Part shown: piece by piece, positions 1-7,307 of the stretch
Position numbering within the stretch: the first letter of the stretch is position 1
How the letters are laid out: each line of letters opens with the position of its first letter
Assembly: GCF_035285525.1 (NCBI RefSeq)
Contig: NZ_JAYKGW010000213.1
Coordinates: 1-32,000 of the forward strand
Origin: Okeania sp.
GTDB lineage: Bacteria; Cyanobacteriota; Cyanobacteriia; Cyanobacteriales; Microcoleaceae
Reading direction: 5' to 3'
DNA: 32,000 nucleotides
Position numbers and translations under genes: made by a program
The notes under the pieces: model-generated
What the model saw: only the letters and a program-made list of their open reading frames with translations
Told to the model about the DNA's origin: nothing
The model's database searches: none

Positions 1-283
1 ATCCACCATCCTGGGGGCGGGTTTCTGTAGGGGCGGGTTTCACTGATTAGTTAACGGCTTTCACATTCAGCTAAATAAACCCGCCCTCAATAATATAATC
101 CACCATCCTGGGGGCGGGTTTATGTAAATCCTAGAGTCAACATAAAAATTTCTGCCTACCATCCTGGGGGCGGGTTTATGTAAATCCTAGAGTCAACATA
201 AAAATTTCTGCCTACCATCCTGGGGGCGGGTTTATGTAAATCCTAGAGTCAACATAAAAATTTCTGCCGAAACCCGCCCCTAC
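1..283. repeat. Cluster of GGGGCGGGTTT...AAACCCGCCCC hairpin (MITE-like) elements, including a 56-bp unit repeated three times in tandem (about 101-268) and a nested copy at 28-88
   Basis: CCATCCTGGGGGCGGGTTTATGTAAATCCTAGAGTCAACATAAAAATTTCTGCC recurs with a 56-nt period (CTACC at 156 and 212). The cluster closes with GAAACCCGCCCCTAC at 268-283, the inverted complement of the GGGGCGGGTTT arm. Confidence 0.85.
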
Positions 284-319
284 TATTTTTTTGAATTGAA
301 AATTTTTACCTAATCAAAA

Positions 320-1393
320 ATGTCTAATAAACTTCTAATTAACTTATCAGTATTAATCCCAAAACCAACCGGAATATCCGTATATGCTAATAACATCCTA
401 CCTCAACTTCAACAACTTAATCCTACTCTGCTAACTCCTCATAAAATTCCTAATTTTAACTGCCATTTAATCCCCAATAACATGACACCCGATCAGGGAA
501 CCAAAGGTCATTTACGCAGACTACTTTGGACTCAATTTCAACTCTCAAATATCTATAAAAAATTACCAGGAAATCTACTTTTTTCTCCCCTTCCAGAAGC
601 GCCATTATTTTCTCAGTGTCCTTATATTGTCATGGCTCACGATTTAATTCCTTTACGTTTTCCTAAACCTGGTTCTCGCTTAACTGCTTATTTCAAATAT
701 TATATTCCCCAAGTATTAAACCAAGCAGAACATATTATTTGTAATTCTCAAGCAACCGCAAAAGATATTACCGATTTTTTCCAAATATCCCCTCAAAAAA
801 TTACTCCTATTCCTTTAGGTTATGACTGTCAAAAATTCCAATTTTTAAACTTACCTACGCAAAATTACTTTCTTTATCTCGGTCGCCACGACCATCATAA
901 AAATCTGCATCGCTTGATAAAAGCTTTTGCGAATTTACCTAAATTTTCCGAATATGAATTATGGCTCGCCGGACCTACAGATAATACCTATACCCCAACA
1001 TTAAAAACTCAAATAAAAGAACTAGGTTTAACAAAATTAGTCAAATTTCTAGACTATGTTCCTTATTCAGAATTACCAATAATAATTAATCAAGCGATCG
1101 CTTTAGTTTTTCCTAGTTTGTGGGAAGGATTTGGTTTTCCAGTCTTAGAAGCAATGGCTTGTGGTACTCCAGTTATTACCTCTAATATTTCATCCTTGCC
1201 AGAAGTTGCTGGAGATGCAGCTATTTTAGTTAACCCGAAAAATGTTGGAGAAATAACTGATAATATGAATATTATTGCTAATGATCAGAAGGAGCGATCG
1301 CGACTAAGAAATTTAAGTTTGGCCAGAGCTAAACAGTTTAGTTGGAAAAAAACTGGTTTAGCGACCAGGGAAGTAATTCAGAAGATGATATAA
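320..1393 (+). CDS. Glycosyltransferase family 4 (GT-B fold, Glycos_transf_1 type)
   Basis: 357-aa ORF with ATG at 320. The C-terminal signature [38 protein letters not shown] is typical of GT4 retaining glycosyltransferases. Confidence 0.85.
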   Translation: MSNKLLINLSVLIPKPTGISVYANNILPQLQQLNPTLLTPHKIPNFNCHLIPNNMTPDQGTKGHLRRLLWTQFQLSNIYKKLPGNLLFSPLPEAPLFSQCPYIVMAHDLIPLRFPKPGSRLTAYFKYYIPQVLNQAEHIICNSQATAKDITDFFQISPQKITPIPLGYDCQKFQFLNLPTQNYFLYLGRHDHHKNLHRLIKAFANLPKFSEYELWLAGPTDNTYTPTLKTQIKELGLTKLVKFLDYVPYSELPIIINQAIALVFPSLWEGFGFPVLEAMACGTPVITSNISSLPEVAGDAAILVNPKNVGEITDNMNIIANDQKERSRLRNLSLARAKQFSWKKTGLATREVIQKMI

Positions 1394-1465
1394 CTGGTTT
1401 TTGACCAAAAAAATAAGGTCTCAACCTTTCCACTTTAGTTGGAGGTACTGATAACTGATAACTGA

Positions 1466-1562
1466 AAGGAGCGATCGCGCCTCTTCACCTTAAGTATAGC
1501 TAGAACTAAACAGTTTAGTTGAGAAAAAACTGGTTTAGCTACTAGACAGATAATTTAGATAA
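1466..1562 (+). repeat. Degenerate duplicate of the last ~100 nt of the GT4 gene (a pseudo 3' end)
   Basis: AAGGAGCGATCGCG...CTAAACAGTTTAGTTG.AAAAAACTGGTTTAGC occurs at 1289-1393 (in-gene) and again at 1466-1562, where it carries stops. The two copies are separated by a CTGATAA heptamer array. Confidence 0.8.
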
Positions 1563-1708
1563 TTCTAAATTAAGGTTTAAGTTTTTTAAGCGATCGCTCC
1601 TTTCTTTTTTAGGGAACGTAAATTAACTGTGTCATTTTAAAACCCAGTTATATCATGTCCAGATAAAATGGCTATATAATGCTTGTTAACCGCTAAAATT
1701 GATTAGAA

Positions 1709-2104
1709 TTACTCGTACATCAAGGTGCCATTACGATTAGTAATGTGATCGTCTAGATTGATTACAACTGATACCCATTGTTGAGCGCGTGTTTTACATT
1801 CACCAACTAGAAAACTAGGGCCAGATAATTCAGTAAAGCGGCAAGTCTCAATGAAGTTAGATGGCTGCCACACGAGATTTCCATCAACATTTTCTATATA
1901 CGGATTCAAGTCGATCCCTGTTGGATTTGAAGTATAACCATCAGCCCTATAGCAAGTTGAAGACAGAAGTGAACCCATAACGTTAGAGTTGTAGCAGCTT
2001 TGACTAAAATCACCTAATGCCCAAGCTTGGTTAGCGAACATACCAAAGGAAATTGCAACAGTAAATAGGAAAGCAACTACAGCTTTGAATAATCTGTTTT
2101 TCAT
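1709..2104 (-). CDS. Secreted cyanovirin-N homologue (CVNH lectin) with Sec-type signal peptide
   Basis: Starting at the ATG at 2104 gives MKNRLFKAVVAFLFTVAISFGMFANQAWA, followed by LGDFSQSCYNS...IENVDGNLVWQPSNFIETCR...ECKTRAQQWVS..INLDDHITNRNGTLMYE. By eye this aligns end to end with the 101-aa cyanovirin-N sequence as I recall it, and all 4 Cys are conserved. The ORF-track start at 2143 is a TTG 13 codons upstream and is less likely. Confidence 0.88.
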   Translation of the reverse strand: MKNRLFKAVVAFLFTVAISFGMFANQAWALGDFSQSCYNSNVMGSLLSSTCYRADGYTSNPTGIDLNPYIENVDGNLVWQPSNFIETCRFTELSGPSFLVGECKTRAQQWVSVVINLDDHITNRNGTLMYE

Positions 2105-2285
2105 AACAATCAACTTTTCTTTCTTACTAGAGTAAATAATCAAGGTTAGCCAGATTACCTTGGTTTAAGATTCTCTGGTTTGCTTTTGAGGTTTCTTTTA
2201 AGTGCCTCTGCAAGAAAGACGATCTGGGAAGGCAGTTTCTGATTTTTTTTTGCTAACTCACAGTAACTTTACCAAACCAAAAACA

Positions 2286-3653
2286 TTACCCTCCTGTATC
2301 CATCAACGATCTATGCCAAATCCACCGAATATTCTTCAATGAACTCTGAACATTCAGGAAAAGTTTCATCTCTCCCATTAACAGAGATATTAACCCAGAT
2401 TTAGTATTATTCCCTGTCAAACTCCACCACATAACATACGGTCTCAACCATCGCGTCCGATCTCTTGATAAACAACAGACAACAGCTTTTTTCTGGGAAC
2501 TTTTGCTAGCAGTCGCTCGGCAACAGGCAACACACAAAAAGGTAGAAATTTTTGTAGATATTGGGTAGTACACAAAAAGACTTTTCTGGGAATCTTTCCT
2601 TGTAGATCCCATAGATAGTCTAATAAAATTATTGGTTTTCTGAAGATGTCTATTATCCTTTGACTTTACCAAACTTTTCACGCACCCATCTTTTTCTACC
2701 TCAACTACCTCTACTTCAGTTAATTCTGTAGCAGTGTCCTGAATCTCCCAATCCACTTGCTCCCTTGACTCAACAGCACTCTCTAATTTTTCTGCCTCAA
2801 CTACGCGATCGCCTTCTGCCTCTACCAATACTGTTTCCCTTTCCCGAATAGTCTGACTTAAATTATCCCCTCGCCCCACAGAAGTATCCACAAACTCAGA
2901 CTTGTCCGCCTCTTCTAATGATCGAGAAATAAAATGGTCATCAAATTTAGGGCGATCGCCAGACAATTGTTTTGTCCCTACCTCGAACTCTTTCTTTTCT
3001 TCCGACTCAATACTCTGCTGCTTTTCCTTATTTTTCCTTGGGGTAGACAACTTCTCACCCCTACCTGCTGTAAAACTTACTTTCTCCTCAGTCCCCAGAA
3101 AATAGCTACTCAACTTCTTTTTAAGTTCTTTTCTCGCCAAATATATCCGCCTGCATACATTATCGTAGGATATCCCTTGCCGTGACGCAATTTCCTTATA
3201 GGTAAGCTCTTCATAAAAATGCAAAATAAAAGTCCCACGCAACCTTTCCGGTAAATTAGTGATCGCCCGTCGAGTCTCAATAGACCTCTCCTCTTTCTCC
3301 AGACGACTCTCTGGTGACTCCACCGCAGAAACCATAACCATCTCATTACTATCGCCTACCCATTCAATAGTGTCAACGCCCCTAGCTTTTCGAGAACGTC
3401 GAATAATATCAATACAGAGATTACGAGTCAACTGTACCAGCCAAGCCTTAAAATTAGCAATTTTATCCCCGAATTTTTGCACCTTTTCCCAAGCTTTCAC
3501 CATTGCCTGACTGAGAACATCTTCCGCATCAGCGTGATTAAAGTTCATCAACCTAAGACAGCACACATATAGCAAATCTTTATGTTCAGTCCATTGCTGC
3601 CAAAACTGACAAACCAGATCGGGATTGCTCCTATCGGTTAAAGCAAAGTCCAT
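2286..3653 (-). CDS. ECF-type sigma-70 family RNA polymerase sigma factor with ~260-aa C-terminal extension
   Basis: Region 2 is DAEDVLSQAMVKAWEKVQKF...FKAWLVQLTRNLCIDIIRR. Region 4 is LPERLRGTFILHFYEELTYKEIASRQGISYDNVCRRIYLARKELKKKL. The ATG at 3653 (MDFALTDRS) is preferred over the GTG at 3713. After ~195 aa the ORF continues through an E/K-rich low-complexity segment and then a C/W/R-rich tail. The true stop position is uncertain. Confidence 0.75.
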   Translation of the reverse strand: MDFALTDRSNPDLVCQFWQQWTEHKDLLYVCCLRLMNFNHADAEDVLSQAMVKAWEKVQKFGDKIANFKAWLVQLTRNLCIDIIRRSRKARGVDTIEWVGDSNEMVMVSAVESPESRLEKEERSIETRRAITNLPERLRGTFILHFYEELTYKEIASRQGISYDNVCRRIYLARKELKKKLSSYFLGTEEKVSFTAGRGEKLSTPRKNKEKQQSIESEEKKEFEVGTKQLSGDRPKFDDHFISRSLEEADKSEFVDTSVGRGDNLSQTIRERETVLVEAEGDRVVEAEKLESAVESREQVDWEIQDTATELTEVEVVEVEKDGCVKSLVKSKDNRHLQKTNNFIRLSMGSTRKDSQKSLFVYYPISTKISTFLCVACCRATASKSSQKKAVVCCLSRDRTRWLRPYVMWWSLTGNNTKSGLISLLMGEMKLFLNVQSSLKNIRWIWHRSLMDTGG

Positions 3654-4029
3654 TATATGTCCTCTTTCATCTGCAATTATCCATCTACACAATGTAGACG
3701 TACAGACATTCACTTATATGACCGATCAAAGTTCATATAATTTCAACTTTTCTTTGTAGTCAAAATCAATCGGTGATTAGCGATAATGCACAAGTAAAAT
3801 CATTTGTCAATCTGATGAAAATAAAATATAAAAATGTATAGATATTAAAATATTTTATACTTAAACAAATTCTAATTATTATCTGCCAAAAATCTAATCA
3901 AAGTTCTTGTTGTCCAGGCCAAATATTTTTGGGGGGTTATTTAAAATCCTGATTACAAAAAAACTTCTTTACGTTTCTCATCCGACAGCTTTCATATTTA
4001 ACTTGATTAAAATTATCCTAAGAGTTATA

Positions 4030-4509
4030 ATGACAATTACAATTACCCTTAATACTGAAAACATTCATAACTTAGATTTATCCCCAGTTGAAAATCTAAT
4101 TTCTCCCATCCTAAATGAAGGAGCGATCGCCTCTTCTGAACAACAGCTTAATTTTGTCATTAACTATCAGCAAGACCCTCAAGATCCTAGGGAACTTTCA
4201 GAAATTCCAGAAGTACGTTTATGGTTTATCCGTTTAGACAGTCGTTATCCTTGGCTACCATTTCTGCTCAACTGGAAAGAGGGAGAATTAGTTCGTTATA
4301 CTGCAATGCTTGTCCCCCATCAATTTCATCGAACCGAAGGTATCCAATATAATCCAGAAGCATTAGAAATATTTCTCATGCACAAAATTTTTGTCTTGAG
4401 AGACTGGTTAAAGAAACAGAACATTTCTAGTAAATCTAGATTAATGTCTATATCTCAAATGTTAGGGTATGATTTAACAGAAGAATTTTTTGTATCAATT
4501 CCAGAATAA
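4030..4509 (+). CDS. CRR6-family (DUF1817) NDH-1 subunit NdhI maturation factor homologue
   Basis: The block DPRELSEIPEVRLWFIRLDSRYPWLPFLLNWKEGELVRYTAMLVPHQF matches my recollection of cyanobacterial/plant CRR6. The ATG at 4030 (MTITITL) is preferred to the upstream TTG at 3907. Confidence 0.6.
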   Translation: MTITITLNTENIHNLDLSPVENLISPILNEGAIASSEQQLNFVINYQQDPQDPRELSEIPEVRLWFIRLDSRYPWLPFLLNWKEGELVRYTAMLVPHQFHRTEGIQYNPEALEIFLMHKIFVLRDWLKKQNISSKSRLMSISQMLGYDLTEEFFVSIPE

Positions 4510-4639
4510 TATCAGCGCCTAATTTGGAGAATCAGGTTCTACCATAAAAAAAGAGCGAAAACTCCTAGTTTGTAGGTAGAGGGTTTGGAGACCAAACCCC
4601 TACAGTGTTTAATTTTACCGATACTATCGAATTTAATAT
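4509..4639 (+). mobile_element. ~130-bp dispersed MITE-like element with a GGTTTGGAGACCAAACCCCTAC hairpin core, abutting the CRR6 stop codon
   Basis: Collinear with 18800-18946: TTGGAGAAT..TTCTACCAT.A.AAAAGAGCGAAAA..CCTAGT.TGTAG...GGAGACCAAACCCCTACA...TTAATT.TACCGATACTA.CG.ATTT.ATAT. Confidence 0.75.
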
Positions 4640-4886
4640 AAAAAAATTGCTTTTTTCTATACAATTGATTTTCTGATAGGTAAGAAAAATGATTTTTACC
4701 TATCAATAATGGATAATTAATTCATTCTGGGGAAGATTCAATAATTATCAATTATTAATTATAGTAATCCTAAATAGCTTGTAAGATTTTATCGTTGGGG
4801 TTTGGTTTCCTTTCCCCAAGTGCTAAGGGATTTAGAAACCAAACCCTACAACTTTTTCTCACATCTCATTCCTGATTGCTATGTTA

Positions 4887-4921
4887 ATTATCAATCATCA
4901 ATTATCCATTATCAATTAATC
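4887..4921. repeat. Heptanucleotide (STRR-like) array AATTATC x5 immediately 3' of the GT9 gene
   Basis: AATTATC AATCATC AATTATC CATTATC AATTAAT read directly with a 7-nt period. Confidence 0.8.
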
Positions 4922-4923
4922 AA

Positions 4924-5883
4924 CTATCCTCCCCACATTTTCTGTAATACTTCCTGGGGTGAAATATCCGCCATCTTCCCTGTAGAAGACTTAATCGCCA
5001 CTATTCTGTCACTATTCGGTAATAATTTCTTCGGTTCCGTTGGACCAAACAGAGCCAGAGTATATGTGCCAACTGCAACTGCTAAGTGCATTGGGGCACT
5101 ATCGGTACATAACATTAAATTAGCTGCAGCAATCATAGCAGCTAATTTTCCAATATCTCCAGGCATAACTACTTTTACATCCGGAGCAAATTCTTTAATT
5201 TCATTGACCCAGACTGCATCTTCAGGACCTTTCACTATTACTACAGGCAAGTTAGGTTGTTTCTCCTGGACATCTGCAATAATCTCCTGCCAATAATTGG
5301 TAGGATAAATTTTGTCAATACCCTTAACCTGAGCTAATTGACTTGAACCACCATGAATTAAAATATAGCCACTTTCTGCAATTCCTAATCTTTGCTGTTC
5401 AGCTTCGGCCCACTCAATATCCATTTTGGGGACATTAATTGATATTCCAGGGAAAGGAGTTGTAATCTTCATCCCTTGCAACAAATCATGGTACATCTGA
5501 GCAGCATATTGTTCAGTCTTCAGAGGTATAGGATCCGAGAGAAATATCGAGCCATTACCCCCATAACCCACCCGTTTAGGAATACCTGTCAACCATAACA
5601 AAAGGCCAACAGTCCAACGTTGTCCCAGGGAAATTACCGCTTCGTATTCGCGATCGCGCATAATACCCAAAAGGTTGCCCCAGTCTGCGAGACTATTGGC
5701 ATCTTTAAAGTCATAGGTTAGGACATCCCGCACGGACTGAGAAACCCGGTATGCACCTTTGGAGCGAGGTTCTACAATTACATCAATTTGAGATTCTGGG
5801 TAGAATTTTTTTAGGTCATCCAGGGTAGGAAAAAATAAAATTTGGTCGCCTATTCCACCAGGGACAAGGGCTAGTATTCTCAT
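4924..5883 (-). CDS. Glycosyltransferase family 9 (heptosyltransferase-like)
   Basis: 319 aa. N-terminus is MRILALVPGGIGDQILFFPTLDDLKKFYP. The C-terminal LMLCTDSAPMHLAVAVGTYTLALFGPT is characteristic of GT9. Confidence 0.85.
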   Translation of the reverse strand: MRILALVPGGIGDQILFFPTLDDLKKFYPESQIDVIVEPRSKGAYRVSQSVRDVLTYDFKDANSLADWGNLLGIMRDREYEAVISLGQRWTVGLLLWLTGIPKRVGYGGNGSIFLSDPIPLKTEQYAAQMYHDLLQGMKITTPFPGISINVPKMDIEWAEAEQQRLGIAESGYILIHGGSSQLAQVKGIDKIYPTNYWQEIIADVQEKQPNLPVVIVKGPEDAVWVNEIKEFAPDVKVVMPGDIGKLAAMIAAANLMLCTDSAPMHLAVAVGTYTLALFGPTEPKKLLPNSDRIVAIKSSTGKMADISPQEVLQKMWGG

Positions 5884-6181
5884 GTTTAAAGGATTAAAGT
5901 TAATTATTAGTTCAATTTTAAGAGAGTTATGGTAAAAATTATATTATGTAAATACAGTTAAATATCTTAAGTCTTGAGTAATAATTTCAGAATTTATTTA
6001 TAATTTTTGGTTGGTTACAACCTATTTAGGATTGCAAGATAAAGTATTTTTATATTGCAGCCAGATAATCCACTGCCATAGTTTAGTAAGAAAAATAATG
6101 ACAATACATGAGTATGAAAATGCACTACTACTAAACTATTAAACGAAAATAACCCAATTATTAATTATTTATCTTTTTGAA

Positions 6182-6544
6182 CTATTCTGGTTGATTTGAC
6201 TCTGGATAGTTATTACGAATTTGTTCAGCTTCTGGACAATCTTCAGATACCAGAGGCTCAACATTACCCCTAGGAACTGAGGATAATTTTTGAGTAATAG
6301 CCCCTATACTTTCTAAACGGACCATTTCTTCCCAAGAACAGATTTCATCTTCTTCATCTGTTTCGTAGCGCATCGTTACTAAGTCTCCCTCTATATCCAA
6401 GATTTTTGCTTGTTCTATCCAACGCTGTTGGTCTCGCAAGAAAATACAGACCTCACGACCATCACAACAAAGTTGATATATCTTGCGTTGTAGCATTGGC
6501 TTTTTATACTCCCAATTAATAATTTGGTCAAATGTATTTTTCAA
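6182..6544 (-). CDS. Hypothetical protein (small, acidic C-terminus)
   Basis: 120-aa ORF with no domain I recognise. The start is ambiguous: TTG at 6544, or ATG at 6496 (MLQRKIY). Confidence 0.55.
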   Translation of the reverse strand: MKNTFDQIINWEYKKPMLQRKIYQLCCDGREVCIFLRDQQRWIEQAKILDIEGDLVTMRYETDEEDEICSWEEMVRLESIGAITQKLSSVPRGNVEPLVSEDCPEAEQIRNNYPESNQPE

Positions 6545-7307
6545 TAATTAGGGTTTGCTGATTAAATCTAAAAGCATTAACATCTAAAGGTTTTAGCCTC
6601 ATAACAACAGAAAGTGCTGTATTAATATTTTTGCCAAGATTCTATTATAATGTTGAACTTGCAATCCCAAGGAATTATTTTAGCAATATTTTTGACATTA
6701 TGAGGCTAAATCTAGTAGAACTTAGAATTTAGAATAGGGCAGATTTAAGCTTTTTGCTGAAAAGTTTACCATAACTGATACAAAAAATGTAATTCTCTCA
6801 TTCCGAACCAAAGTGTTTATGTTTCATGTGCGTAGCAAAGCAGTCCCTCAAGATACGAATTTCAGACAGCCAAAAATTGTTCCTAATTTGTAAGTTTTAT
6901 ATGTATCATTATTTTGGTTATTTTTAGATTTATAAGTTTGACATAAATTATAGCAATCCCAAATCATTTGCAAACAAAAACTATAGGGATTTAGTCTCAA
7001 AATTCTATCTTATGTTCAGGTTTAAAAACTCATATATTGACTAGGGTGACACAGCTAAAAATGTAGTGGCACCTCAAGTCTTAAATGTTACTTTAGGAAA
7101 AGGTAATTTCAGTTATCAGTAGAGAGTGAACCTCTGACTAAATTCGGAGGCTGGAAATACTGAGTTAAAAATTTTTCATCCCCGAACCAGGGGAAGCTTT
7201 ATACCTCTTTTTTTTGGTAATAGAATGCTAATTTTTCAAATTTCTGAACTATTACTACCTACTCCCTAAGATAAACTAATCAAATAGAATTACTATATAA
7301 AACAGAT

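Noticed and set aside
2902-3510. Four ORFs (67-83 aa) overlapping the sigma-factor gene: three on the + strand and one on the - strand in another frame
   Set aside because: They are a by-product of the purine-rich, low-complexity coding strand of the sigma-factor extension. They have no start context or motifs.
3907-4029. Upstream extension of the CRR6-like ORF from a TTG start
   Set aside because: The extension (MLSRPNIFGGLFKILITKK...) is not part of the conserved family as I recall it. The internal ATG at 4030 gives the typical ~160-aa protein.
4802-5296. 164-aa ORF on the + strand
   Set aside because: It is entirely antisense to the well-supported GT9 gene (4924-5883) or runs through a repeat hairpin. 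The sequence is not protein-like. It is a shadow ORF.
6545-7307. Search for known riboswitch or ncRNA signatures (TPP, cobalamin, glutamine, ykkC, 6S, RNase P, tmRNA) in the large spacers 5884-6181, 6545-7307, 10613-11202 and 26140-27948
   Set aside because: I recognised no diagnostic core motifs by eye. Absence cannot be proven without a covariance-model scan.
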